A stretch of DNA of 64,000 nucleotides from Thermoproteota archaeon (lineage in GTDB: Archaea; Thermoproteota; EX4484-205; JAAOZP01): positions 1 through 64,000 of the forward strand of contig JBNAVT010000006.1 in the NCBI GenBank assembly GCA_049700215.1. The letters run 5' to 3'. Numbering within the stretch: the stretch's first letter is position 1; each line of letters starts with the position of its first letter. The notes below the pieces were generated by a model. It saw only the letters and a list, made by a program, of their open reading frames with translations, had not been told where the DNA came from and did no database searches. Positions 1-9,347 of the stretch are shown here, in pieces. The translations under genes and the position numbers were made by a program.

Positions 1-547
1 CAACCTCCTCCCCGTATTTAACCGGCTTCGGCTTCGCGCTAAGCCTTCCCTCGAATATTTCAACAGCCTTCTCCAGGAGTTTGAATATTCCTACGCCCTT
101 AACCGCGATCGTCGGAACAACCGGCACGCCCAGGATCTCCTCAAGCTTCTCAACGTCTATCCGGATTCCTTTCCTGCTCGCAACATCCACCTGGTTTAGG
201 GCGATGACCATCGGCGTCTCCAGCTCCATGAGCTGCAGGGTGAAGAACAGGTTTCTTTCAAGAACAGAGGCGTCGACAACGTTCACCACCACGTCAGGCT
301 TATCGACGGCGATGAACCTTCTCGAGATAGACTCCTCTATGGAATATGTGGAGAGCGAGTATATGCCGGGGAGGTCGACAACATCCACCGTGTACCCTTT
401 AAAGTGGAGCGTCCCCTCGGCTTTCTCAACAGTCTTCCCCGGCCAGTTGCCGATATGCTGGTGCAGCCTGGTTAAGTGGTTGAATATTACTGATTTGCCG
501 ACGTTCGCGTTTCCCGCGAGGGCTACAACCAGCTTCCCCCTGCTCAA
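1..547 (-). CDS. feoB: Ferrous iron transporter FeoB, N-terminal GTPase part (continues past window start)
   Basis: Manual translation from TTG at 547: MSRGKLVVALAGNANVGKSVIFNHLT...IGNWPGKTVEK...DLPGIYSLS (G1/G2/G3 motifs); directly downstream of feoA. Confidence 0.95.
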   Translation of the reverse strand, partial: MSRGKLVVALAGNANVGKSVIFNHLTRLHQHIGNWPGKTVEKAEGTLHFKGYTVDVVDLPGIYSLSTYSIEESISRRFIAVDKPDVVVNVVDASVLERNLFFTLQLMELETPMVIALNQVDVASRKGIRIDVEKLEEILGVPVVPTIAVKGVGIFKLLEKAVEIFEGRLSAKPKPVKYGEEV

Positions 548-561
548 CCCTGTTTCCCCAG

Positions 562-858
562 CTAAGTCTCGCTGCAGCCGGCCTGAGCCTCCTCCACTCT
601 CACGAGGACTCTTTCAGCCATCCCCCTGCCTATGGCGAGCCTGTATCCTCTGACGAGGATCTCCATCGGCCCGTGGAACGGGGCTGACTTGACAACCGTG
701 ATCCTTGTTCCCGGCGTTATGCCCATATCCATAAGCCTCTTCTTAAGCCCCCAAGCCCTCCCGTATCCTGACTTCACTGAGACGACGATCCCCGTCTCCC
801 CGTCTCTCAGCGTCGCCAAGGGTACTTCACGTCCCCCGGTGTCGGCGGCGGTGCTCAT
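562..858 (-). CDS. feoA: FeoA family protein
   Basis: KRLMDMGITPGTRITVVKSAPFHGPMEILVRGYRLAIGRGMAERVLV is a typical FeoA SH3-like sequence. Confidence 0.93.
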   Translation of the reverse strand: MSTAADTGGREVPLATLRDGETGIVVSVKSGYGRAWGLKKRLMDMGITPGTRITVVKSAPFHGPMEILVRGYRLAIGRGMAERVLVRVEEAQAGCSET

Positions 859-1538
859 TGCCCAACCCCTTTCACCCGTATCAGCAAGGCTAGGCTGAGG
901 CTCAGCACCTCCTTCTCCCCGTCTACCTCAACCCCGACCTGCTTGTCCGACGCCGGCTTCTCAACAATCCTAACCACGGCTCCCGGAACCATTCTAAGCC
1001 TTTTCAAACGGAGAAGGAGCTCAGGCTTCTCCTCGACAACTCTAACGATCACACCCTGCTCGCCCTCAGCGAGCTCCGACAATGGTTGCGTTTCCTCCTC
1101 GAAAACCTTTCCCTGCTCGTTTGGAATAGGGTTCCCATGCGGGCAGGTCCTCGGGTAGTTCAGCGCCTTCTCCAAATGTTCAACCACCTCCTCGGTTAGG
1201 CTGTGCTCCAGCCTGCACGCCGTCTCGTGAACCATGTCCCAGTCCATTTTCAGAAGATCCACGAGAAGCCTCTCCGACAGCCTGTGTCTCCTGACCACTT
1301 GAAGGGCTATTCTACGGCCCTTTTCAGTTAGCCTAACACCCCTGTAGGAGGAGTGCGTCACGAAGCCTTCTTCCTCAAGTCGCTCCACCGTGTTCGTAAC
1401 CGTGCCGGGGGCTACTCTAAGGGTTTTAACGATGCTGCTGGTTCTGGCTACTCCCTCCTTCTCCTGAAGCCTGTATATGCATTCCAAGTATTCTTCGACG
1501 GCCGGGGTTACTTCTTGGCTTACTGTTCTGCCGGGCAA
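855..1538 (-). CDS. DtxR/MntR family metal-dependent repressor with C-terminal FeoA-like domain
   Basis: EEYLECIY, RRHRLSERLL, CRLEH and CPHGNPIP motifs. Confidence 0.93.
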   Translation of the reverse strand: MPGRTVSQEVTPAVEEYLECIYRLQEKEGVARTSSIVKTLRVAPGTVTNTVERLEEEGFVTHSSYRGVRLTEKGRRIALQVVRRHRLSERLLVDLLKMDWDMVHETACRLEHSLTEEVVEHLEKALNYPRTCPHGNPIPNEQGKVFEEETQPLSELAEGEQGVIVRVVEEKPELLLRLKRLRMVPGAVVRIVEKPASDKQVGVEVDGEKEVLSLSLALLIRVKGVGQ

Positions 1539-1546
1539 TGCTGTTC

Positions 1547-1570
1547 AAAACTACGAGCAGTCGTAATTTT
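1547..1570. promoter_or_regulatory. Imperfect palindrome AAAACTACGA-N4-TCGTAATTTT, candidate DtxR operator
   Basis: Lies between a minus-strand TATA-like TTTTAAAA (1567-1574) and the DtxR start codon. Confidence 0.55.
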
Positions 1571-1929
1571 AAAACCTTTCTCTTAAGGGGTTCCTAAAAC
1601 CGACTGCTGAAAAACATTGGTTTTAAACAGGTTTAAGGCCGGGTTGCGCGGCGTGTTTGGACTGGTTGCTGAGAACCCGGGTACGCGTGGAATAGTTGTT
1701 TCCTCCAGCGATGCTTAGCCGAGTCCTTGGCGCGATGTTAAGAGGCCTGCTGGCGTGACGGCTTAATGTTTGACGCCGCTGATTCTCTTCGCGTCGGGAG
1801 GATGCTGCAGCCTAAGCATCGAGACGCTGTAAATCGTCACAATGCTTTGTAAAGCCTGTTGAATTGAAACAAGCATGGTTTCGACAGTATGCTGCACTAT
1901 GGTCGCCGGCGTGACTCTTGCGGCAAAGC

Positions 1930-1966
1930 TTTATATAGGTATTACTTAAACAGAAAAAAGTAATAC
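1930..1966 (+). promoter_or_regulatory. TATA box (TTTATATA) followed by NikR-type operator GTATTA-N16-TAATAC
   Basis: Half-sites at 1939-1944 and 1961-1966 with a 16-nt spacer, the geometry of the E. coli NikR operator GTATGA-N16-TCATAC. Confidence 0.65.
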
Positions 1967-1979
1967 TGGGTGATGCAGG

Positions 1980-2552
1980 ATGGCCTACTTCACTGTCCGC
2001 GACGTCGCCGCCGTAGCGCTTTTCGCAGCACTCTGGGGCGTGTTGAACGCCACGGTTTCCCCGATAATATTCACAATGTTCGGCATTCCTATTTTCTGCG
2101 ACATGATTGGCTTCGCGTCCCTGATTCTAGCAGTCTGGTGGGTGAGGAAGCCGGGGGCGGCGAGTACAGTTGGCTTCGTGGCGACGATCCTGAACTTCGT
2201 TTTCAGACCCGGTGCGACGCACTTCCTGGGCTTCACAGCGGCCAGCGTGGTTTTCGACTTTTTAACCTGGGTTTCCCGCTACGGGAACTGTTTTGGGAGG
2301 AGGCGCGTCGGAGCCCTGCTTCTACTGGCTGCTTCAGCCGCTTCAGCCGCGGTAGCCGGCTTTATAATAGGAGTTTTCTTCATGGCTGCTCCGCAGCTAG
2401 TCAGGTGGGGCGGGGTTCTCGGCTGGGTTTTGCTGCACGTGGCTGGCGGCGTAGTCGGCTGGGCAATAGGCGTGGCGCTGGTTTTAAGCCTAGAGGCCAG
2501 GGGCCTGCGTAAGCAGGGGGGGCATGTAGATGCTGACTCGTGTTCCACCTGA
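1980..2552 (+). CDS. ECF transporter S-component-like membrane protein
   Basis: 190 aa, about 5-6 TM helices, N-terminal FTVRDVAAVALFAAL and VRKPGAA motifs typical of S components. Confidence 0.7.
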   Translation: MAYFTVRDVAAVALFAALWGVLNATVSPIIFTMFGIPIFCDMIGFASLILAVWWVRKPGAASTVGFVATILNFVFRPGATHFLGFTAASVVFDFLTWVSRYGNCFGRRRVGALLLLAASAASAAVAGFIIGVFFMAAPQLVRWGGVLGWVLLHVAGGVVGWAIGVALVLSLEARGLRKQGGHVDADSCST

Positions 2553-2949
2553 TCTTTTAGAGAAGGCTGTCAGCCTGCATGGCCATTTAGGCCCGTTTCT
2601 TGTTCTAGGCTTGAAAATGGGTTTGAAGGTTGAGAGCACTCTCGGCAAGCCTGTTGCCTGCGAAATAGCCACCCCGGGTAGAAAGCCCTTCCTGTGCGTC
2701 GTCGACGGTTTGAAGACTGTCGTCGGCTGCAGCGTTGTTTTAAGAGAGGGAGAGAGCTTATCGGCCTGGTTCAGCAACACTAAAGGAGATGAGCTTGTCA
2801 TAAGGGTTAGGGCGAGCGTTGTAGGAAAGTATGCTGATAAGTACGTGGGGGCGCCGTGGGAGGGCTGTGAGAAGGACGCGTATGAAGTCCTGGAGAGCAG
2901 TGACGAGGAGCTTTTCGAACCTTGGGCTTCCGGAGAGCCCGCTGGCTGA
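2530..2949 (+). CDS. FmdE/FwdE family protein
   Basis: LHGHLGPFLVLGLKMG and CVVDGL motifs. Confidence 0.85.
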   Translation: MLTRVPPDLLEKAVSLHGHLGPFLVLGLKMGLKVESTLGKPVACEIATPGRKPFLCVVDGLKTVVGCSVVLREGESLSAWFSNTKGDELVIRVRASVVGKYADKYVGAPWEGCEKDAYEVLESSDEELFEPWASGEPAG

Positions 2950-3062
2950 TGGTTTATTTTTAAAGGCTTCTAACTATTGGAACCGCTTCCTCCATGAACA
3001 GGGCTTAAGACCCTTTTATCCCCGCCTTCAACATTCTCCTCGCCGACGTTTCCACGTGTAAC

Positions 3063-3380
3063 ACGCGCTCGCTAAACTCCGCCAGGTTAAACCTTCCGGA
3101 GGATGTACGCCTCTAGGAAAGAGGATGGACCAGTAGCTTGTCCTCGCTCCATCCGTGAAGCCATTCTCCTCTAGTTCCGCATTCCCACGTCCACATCCGC
3201 ATGAAGTTATGGTTGTGCCTCCTCATGAAGTCAAGGTAGGCTTTATAGTTGAAAGGCGAGCCGTCTTCAAACTCCTGCAGGCTGCTCCAAGTATGGGAAC
3301 CGGTTAGATAAACTGCTCTACCAGTTGAGTCGCAGAAATATCGTGGGTTAGCCGGATGGGTCTTTAAAGGGGCCAGGCAA
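3063..3380 (-). pseudogene. N-terminal remnant of a DUF6298-like (GH5-like TIM barrel) protein
   Basis: Manual translation HPANPRYFCDSTGRAVYLTGSHTWSSLQE...FNYKAYLDFMRRHNHNFMRMWTWE with frameshifts and a stop; ends at a degenerate GC palindrome. Confidence 0.65.
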
Positions 3381-3514
3381 GCTGGGTGAAACCATTCTCT
3401 CAGTAGGAGCCCCGTTAGTATTTAAAATTTAAGATGGTGTCGACTGGCAATGGAGGCCGGGTTTAAACCCGTATCTGTAAATAATGTTCTCCTTCGCGTC
3501 GGCTTACGCAGCGA

Positions 3515-3772
3515 TCAGTATGAAACAGTTATGGCTTTCAGTGGACAAGCTTTAACGCATTTGCCGCAGCGGGTGCAGAGCGAGAGCCATACTGGCGTTA
3601 TCTGCCAGTACTGCGGGTCGTAGGGATCATCCTCCTCCACGTTGAAAGCCATGTGTCGCACGAAGACCGCTGGGTCGCAGACCAGCAGGCACTTGCTGCA
3701 CTGCCTGGGGTCTATTCCCCCCGTCGCGTTCCCGCATTTAGAGTAGTCGATTACTATCTTCGTCTTCCCCAC
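3515..3772 (-). CDS. 4Fe-4S ferredoxin
   Basis: CSKCLLVCDP and CTRCGKCVKACP. Confidence 0.85.
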   Translation of the reverse strand: MGKTKIVIDYSKCGNATGGIDPRQCSKCLLVCDPAVFVRHMAFNVEEDDPYDPQYWQITPVWLSLCTRCGKCVKACPLKAITVSY

Positions 3773-3788
3773 CCGTGTTCACCCTGGG

Positions 3789-4658
3789 CTAATACTTTCC
3801 ACGTAGGAGAGGGTTCTCATCCCTCGGCACCAGCCTTATCGCGTCGTGTGGACACCTGTCCCTGCAGAGCCCGCATCCGAAGCACTTAGTCGGGTCTATC
3901 AGTACTCTTTTAAGAGTTGGGCTGAACCTTATCGCGCCGAACTGGCAGCTTGCAACACACGTCTTGCAGCCCTGGCAAAGATCCGGGTTTACTTCCGCGT
4001 AGTACTCAGCCTTGTAAACAGTGTGGAGGCCGAAGTCCATTCTTAAACGCAGGCCGCCGCACTGCGGTGTTTCACACGAGCATATTGCGCATATGTAGGG
4101 CACTGGCTGGAACCAGACTGTGGCCACCCGCCCCTTCCTGTTCTGCTCCTCCAGAGCCGCCGCCGCCTCATCCCGGCCTAAACGCACCTTCGTGTTCTCA
4201 GGGATGAACCTTGGCAGTTTCTCTATTACTGTCGAGAGGACTCCGAAGTTGATGCAGCACATGTCTTTAATGCCTTTCTGCATCATGCGGCACATGCAGT
4301 AGTTCTGAATAATGGGTTCGGCGGCGAGGTTGAGCATTATCAGCTTCGCCTCCTCAATAGGTATTACTTGGCCGAAGTGCCCGTCTGCCCTAACAGGGTT
4401 CCTGTTCCTGCTTTCAGAGTGAATCATCCCCTCGACTGTCCGCCGGATCACCCTGCCTATGATTGGCATTCTAAGCTTGTAGCCCAAGCCTATTGATGAC
4501 ATACCCATTATCTTCCTTATGTAGACCTGCTCGAAGTTTCTCCACTGCTCCTCCAAGTATGCTTGAAGATTCATGGCTTCAGCCAGCTCGTAAGAATAGT
4601 TCCTAGCGTTCAAATACCATTTTCCACCAGCGCCATGCTTCATGCACCAGTCGCACAT
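3789..4658 (-). CDS. Cys-rich protein with C-terminal 2x[4Fe-4S] domain
   Basis: CQGCKTCVASCQF and CFGCGLCRDRCP, plus extra CDWC, CMC, CC and CAICSC clusters. Confidence 0.85.
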   Translation of the reverse strand: MCDWCMKHGAGGKWYLNARNYSYELAEAMNLQAYLEEQWRNFEQVYIRKIMGMSSIGLGYKLRMPIIGRVIRRTVEGMIHSESRNRNPVRADGHFGQVIPIEEAKLIMLNLAAEPIIQNYCMCRMMQKGIKDMCCINFGVLSTVIEKLPRFIPENTKVRLGRDEAAAALEEQNRKGRVATVWFQPVPYICAICSCETPQCGGLRLRMDFGLHTVYKAEYYAEVNPDLCQGCKTCVASCQFGAIRFSPTLKRVLIDPTKCFGCGLCRDRCPHDAIRLVPRDENPLLRGKY

Positions 4659-4731
4659 GGTTAAACCCTTTTAAAACCATGCTTGTCAATATTTAAGTCT
4701 TCTCAGCCCACGCTGTTAATATTTAAATCGT

Positions 4732-7467
4732 TTGAGTCGTGTTGAAAACAGGTTCGTGTTGTCTTCGAAGAGCTACATTCTGGATTTGAGGAGCGTCAGC
4801 AGGAGAGACTGGGAGAAGGCAGGCGGCAAGGCTGCTAACCTTGGCGAGCTTAAGAGCCTCGGCTTCCCTGTTCCCGACGGCTTCGTAGTGACCACCGACG
4901 CCTATGATGATTTCATATCGTTCAACGGTCTTGAGGAGGTTATCGAGTCTTCACTCGCCGGGGTTGACTCTTCCAACCCTGCTTCGATGGAGGATTGCTC
5001 GGTGAGAATCAGGGAGGCTTTTGAGCTCTCCAGCCTGCCTCCGGGGCTGGCTGAGGATTTGAGGAGAGCCTGCGGGAAGCTGTCCGCTAAGAGTGTTGCA
5101 GTACGCTCATCAGCCACCGTGGAGGATTTGCCCCAGGAGTCTTTCGCAGGCCAGTTGGAAACCTTTCTCAACGTCAAGGGTTTCGAGAATGTTGCGAGAA
5201 GCATTATCCAGTGTTACGCTTCACTCTGGGGGAGCAGGGCCGTCGCGTACAGGGAGAGAAACAGGGTCCCGCACCGCGGGCTCAAGATGGCTGTGATTGT
5301 TCAGACAATGGTTCCGGCTAAGAGCGCCGGCGTGCTTTTCACGGTTGACCCTGTCTCCCCAGAGGGCTTGCACATGGTGGTTGAGTCTAACTTCGGCCTC
5401 GGAGAGACGGTTGTTTCAGGCCGGGCTATGCCCGACAGGTTCGTCATCCTCAGGCCCCCGGGCTCAGGCGGGGGATCGTTGAAAATAGTGAGCAGGGAGA
5501 TCGGGACTAAAAACTATGTTGCCAAGCCTGTCTCCGGGGAGACGGGTGTTGAACACGTTAAGGCTTCCCCAGAGGAGTGTCTTCAGCCCTCGCTCAGCGA
5601 GGAGCATGTTCTCAGGCTTGCTGAAATCGGCCTTGCTGTCGAGAAGGTTTTCGAGTGTCCGCAGGACGTGGAGTGGGCTGTCGATGCGGATAACAGTATT
5701 CTGATACTCCAGTCTAGGCCGGTGACCTCTCTCCCAAGGCAGGCTCCTGAGGACGAGGTTGTCTGGAGCAGGGGCTACTCGGACGACTACTGGAACGACC
5801 CTGTTACACCCTTGTTCTTCGAGCTCCTAGGCGACCAGCTTACGAACATTGTGAACATTGAGCTTAACAAGATAATGGGCTACTCTCAACCTGGCTCCAG
5901 GAAGACTGACCAGCTGCTGAAGCTTCACCACGCGCACGCCTACTTCAACCTTGAGGTTTTGAAGCGGAAGGTCGAGTACGAGATCCCCCCGTTTCTACGG
6001 AACGAGGATATTTTGAACTATTTCCCTGATGGAAGCGGGCCTTACGGTAAGGAGACGATTAGGAAGCTGCCTTTCAGGCTTAGGAAGCGGGTGATAGCTG
6101 AGCTCCGCGTAATGCTTCACGACCCTAACGGCTCCGTGACTAAGACAGCGTCAGCCTACGAGGAGTGGACCCGGAGGTTTTTCAACCCTTTCTGGGAGCA
6201 GTTTGAACAGAGGATGAGCAGCGTGACGGGGGTCGGCGGCTACGTTAAGCTGGCGGAGGAGCTTGACGAGCTGATGACCGGCCACTTCCGCCTAGTTAGG
6301 TACGGTATTCCGGTTCACAACATCGGCATGAATCTTCTCGCCCAATACTTGCTGAGGCGCTTCATAGGCGAGGACGAGGCTTTGAAAACCTATCCTGTTC
6401 TAATATCCGGCTTGAAGCATAAGACGAGTGAGACGAACGAGAGGATAAGCCTCCTCGCCTCCCTCGCATGCTCCGTGCCCGAGCTTAGGAAGATAATTCT
6501 GGAAACCCCTTCAGACAGGATCCTGGAGAAAATAGGCTTGCTTAACACTCCTGAAGCCCAAGGGTTCCTCAGGGAGTTCAACAGTTTCCTGGAGGAATTC
6601 GGATCCCGGGGCTTCACTAGGGAGCCTTACTACCCGAGATGGGGGGAGGCTCCTCAGTATGTCTTCGGCATTCTCAAGCCGCTTGTAGAGCAGGGTGTGA
6701 GCGCGACTGTGGAGCCTGAAGGCTTGAAGCAGGAGGAGGCTATGAGTATGGTTGAGCACAGGATCAGGCGTCTCCGGTTCGGCTGGTTTAAATGGAAGCT
6801 TTTCTCAACAATCCTGGGTTTCGCCCGCAGATACATTGTTTTCCGGGAGAACCAGCGTTTCAACCTTGACCGCTGGATTACGATGAACCGGAGGATCTTC
6901 CTGGGGATCGGGAGGGCTTTTCAGCGCCAAGGGGTTCTGAACGACCCGCAGGAAGTATTCTTCCTCACCAAGAGCGAGGTTAAGAGGCTTGCCTCAGAGC
7001 AGGCGTCTCTGGGCGAGATTGAGGAAATACGCTTGCTCGTTAAAAACCGTAGGCAGGACTTCCTGAAGTATGAGAACACTACTCCAGCTAAGTTCCTACA
7101 GGGCTCCAGGGAGTTCAACGATCCCCCGCCTGAGCCCGGGCTGGTTTTCAAAGGAATCCCCGCGAGCAAGGGTGTTCTCACAGCCCCAGTGAGGGTTTTG
7201 AAGAGCGTTGAGGATGTTTGGCAGGTGCGCGCGGGAGAAATCCTGGTTGTGCCTCGCACAGACCCAGGCTGGACACCGGTTTTCTGCAGGATCGGCGGCC
7301 TCATCGCGGAGACAGGCGGGATGCTTTCCCACGGTGCCGTAGTATCCAGGGAATACGGGATTCCGGCTGTCACGAATATTCCGAACGCCTGCATGGTTTT
7401 TAAGACAGGTCAGACGGTAACCATAGACGGGGACAATGGCATGGTCAGGATCGAGGGGGTGGCGTGA
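4732..7467 (+). CDS. PEP-synthase-like phosphotransferase with RPH architecture (ATP-grasp, substrate domain, His swivel domain)
   Basis: GGKAANLGEL, VAVRSSATVEDL...SFAGQ, QDVEWA, LQSRPVT; C-terminal TDPGWTP...GGMLSHGAVVSREYGIP; no pyruvate-binding TIM barrel. Confidence 0.88.
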   Translation: MSRVENRFVLSSKSYILDLRSVSRRDWEKAGGKAANLGELKSLGFPVPDGFVVTTDAYDDFISFNGLEEVIESSLAGVDSSNPASMEDCSVRIREAFELSSLPPGLAEDLRRACGKLSAKSVAVRSSATVEDLPQESFAGQLETFLNVKGFENVARSIIQCYASLWGSRAVAYRERNRVPHRGLKMAVIVQTMVPAKSAGVLFTVDPVSPEGLHMVVESNFGLGETVVSGRAMPDRFVILRPPGSGGGSLKIVSREIGTKNYVAKPVSGETGVEHVKASPEECLQPSLSEEHVLRLAEIGLAVEKVFECPQDVEWAVDADNSILILQSRPVTSLPRQAPEDEVVWSRGYSDDYWNDPVTPLFFELLGDQLTNIVNIELNKIMGYSQPGSRKTDQLLKLHHAHAYFNLEVLKRKVEYEIPPFLRNEDILNYFPDGSGPYGKETIRKLPFRLRKRVIAELRVMLHDPNGSVTKTASAYEEWTRRFFNPFWEQFEQRMSSVTGVGGYVKLAEELDELMTGHFRLVRYGIPVHNIGMNLLAQYLLRRFIGEDEALKTYPVLISGLKHKTSETNERISLLASLACSVPELRKIILETPSDRILEKIGLLNTPEAQGFLREFNSFLEEFGSRGFTREPYYPRWGEAPQYVFGILKPLVEQGVSATVEPEGLKQEEAMSMVEHRIRRLRFGWFKWKLFSTILGFARRYIVFRENQRFNLDRWITMNRRIFLGIGRAFQRQGVLNDPQEVFFLTKSEVKRLASEQASLGEIEEIRLLVKNRRQDFLKYENTTPAKFLQGSREFNDPPPEPGLVFKGIPASKGVLTAPVRVLKSVEDVWQVRAGEILVVPRTDPGWTPVFCRIGGLIAETGGMLSHGAVVSREYGIPAVTNIPNACMVFKTGQTVTIDGDNGMVRIEGVA

Positions 7468-8433
7468 ATGGAGCCGTTGAAGCATAGGCCGAAGAACCAT
7501 GTTGAGTGGAACGAGTCGTACTATTTTGTCTTCTATGATTTGAAGCATAGGCTCGGCGGAATGACTAGGCTGGGCTTCAAGCCGAACAAGAGGGAGGCCA
7601 TGACTTTCCTATTCCTCTTCCTGCCGGACGGCTCCGCAGCGGGCTACCAGGCTGTGGAGGAGACTGTTGACTACGGGCTTCAGGATCTGCGCGTCAGCAG
7701 GGTTGTTCACAATCCTCTTCCCGGGGGCGTTTGGAAATACTGTTTCGAGGGAAGCATGGTTGCGGCGAGGAAACCTGAGGACCTGCCTAGGGTAATGGGA
7801 ACCCCTTCCCTGGCTTCAGGCGTTTTACCAGTCAGGGTTGAGCTTTCCTTCACGCCGATTAGCGAGGTCTACGAGTATAGTGCACACATGGCTCCTGAGT
7901 CCCGGATGCTTGGGGAAAAGTCTGGGGACGAGCACTGGGAGCAGGTTGGCGTTGTAAACGGGGAGATTCGCGTAGGCGGGGAGACGTATATTGTTGAGCA
8001 GTCGATGAGCCAGCGCGACCATACTCACGGGGTGCGCGAGTGGACAAGCATAGACTACTGGCTCTACTATGTCATTTGGTTTTCAAGAGAGCTTGCAGTC
8101 AACCCTGCTGCAATAATAATGGGTGACGGCAGGGTTTCCACAGGAGGCTTCATTTTCGAGAAGGGGAGAAACATTCCGATTGAGAGAATCCGTGTTCTCG
8201 AACAGGAGTTTCGCAACGGGGTTCTGCCCGTGTACTCTAGGCTTGAATTGGCCGACGGCCTAGGTAGGAGGCACGTGCTGGAGGCTAGAGCAGGCCCAGT
8301 GATCCCGGTGCCTTTCACGGACAGCGAGGGCAATGTTTCAATACTTGCTCAGTCCTTCGGCATCTTTAAGCTGGACGGTGTTGAAGGAGGCTATGGTAGT
8401 TTCGAAACGCTTAGGAGGAGGCTGAGGAAATAA
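7468..8433 (+). CDS. CrtC/AttH/tocopherol-cyclase-like beta-barrel protein (DUF7064/7065-like)
   Basis: WNESYYFVFYD, HWEQVG and QRDHTHGVREW motifs. Confidence 0.65.
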   Translation: MEPLKHRPKNHVEWNESYYFVFYDLKHRLGGMTRLGFKPNKREAMTFLFLFLPDGSAAGYQAVEETVDYGLQDLRVSRVVHNPLPGGVWKYCFEGSMVAARKPEDLPRVMGTPSLASGVLPVRVELSFTPISEVYEYSAHMAPESRMLGEKSGDEHWEQVGVVNGEIRVGGETYIVEQSMSQRDHTHGVREWTSIDYWLYYVIWFSRELAVNPAAIIMGDGRVSTGGFIFEKGRNIPIERIRVLEQEFRNGVLPVYSRLELADGLGRRHVLEARAGPVIPVPFTDSEGNVSILAQSFGIFKLDGVEGGYGSFETLRRRLRK

Positions 8434-8449
8434 GGAAAACAGGCTGTTT

Positions 8450-9346
8450 TCACGAGAAGCTTGTGAACAGCCATTCCAGGAGCCCGGTTCCTGTTTCCCC
8501 GCTCTCCTCAAGACGGTGGAGAGCCATTGCTTCAACAAGCTCAGTCACGCCCCCTTGGAACCGGCGGGTGAACTTGACGAAGCTCGATGGGGATAATAGT
8601 TTCGAGCGGATAACGTACTCTTTTCCATCCAGGCAGGTTACTCTGGTTGCTGCCCCGCTGGGCGTAGCCTGGTCTCCGCCGTACTCGGCTTCAACCTCCA
8701 CGTTTAAAACAGGGGTGCTTCCCCCGGCTGTTGAAACCCCTCCTGAGACTGTTTTAACACCCTTGACGCTGTCCATTCTAAGCCCTATTGAGAATTCTCT
8801 GAACTGGGCGTGGAAAGCATACCAGTGGTCTATGTGCCAGTACCTCGGACCCCAGCTCTTATCCCTCTGCCCGTAGCCCTGAATATTCTTCTCAACCCCT
8901 CTGATTCTTACTACCCCTGACACTTTGCCGGATTGTTCAAAATGCCCCTCCCATGATGTTCCACTCCCCCGGCCGAAGCTGAACGCGGGGAACCTTCCTG
9001 CCCAGAGGATCTCCGCCTCAAGCCCGGGGCCTGAGAAAACTATGCGCCAGCTTTTCAAGGCTTCAACCAGCTGGAAGCGTAGACGCCCGTCGTCTAGGCA
9101 CTCGAGGGTTTCAAGGCTGAAAGGCGAGTCATGCTCCTGGTAGTAGAGATGCCTCTCACCCTCATGGAAGACAGCGAAGACGAACTCCCTCCTGGATAAA
9201 TTGGGGTAGAGGCCTATTGTTGCGAAGCCTGAAACCGTGTTTTCCAGGTCGACGAAGTTGAAATAGTAGCTTTCCCTCCAGTCTTTTCTCTCAGAAGGAT
9301 TATGGTTCTCCTCGTCGCTTGGGGAAGGGGTGCTCATCATTTTCAA
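8450..9346 (-). CDS. Second CrtC/AttH-like beta-barrel protein, paralogue of 7468-8433
   Basis: WRESYYFNFVD, HFEQSG and GQRDKSWGPRYW motifs. Confidence 0.68.
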   Translation of the reverse strand: MKMMSTPSPSDEENHNPSERKDWRESYYFNFVDLENTVSGFATIGLYPNLSRREFVFAVFHEGERHLYYQEHDSPFSLETLECLDDGRLRFQLVEALKSWRIVFSGPGLEAEILWAGRFPAFSFGRGSGTSWEGHFEQSGKVSGVVRIRGVEKNIQGYGQRDKSWGPRYWHIDHWYAFHAQFREFSIGLRMDSVKGVKTVSGGVSTAGGSTPVLNVEVEAEYGGDQATPSGAATRVTCLDGKEYVIRSKLLSPSSFVKFTRRFQGGVTELVEAMALHRLEESGETGTGLLEWLFTSFS

Positions 9347-9347
9347 A

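Noticed and set aside
4732-7467. Calling the PEP-utilizer ppsA or rifampicin resistance rph
   Set aside because: It lacks the pyruvate-binding barrel of PpsA. It shares only architecture with RPH, and the central domain specificity is unknown.
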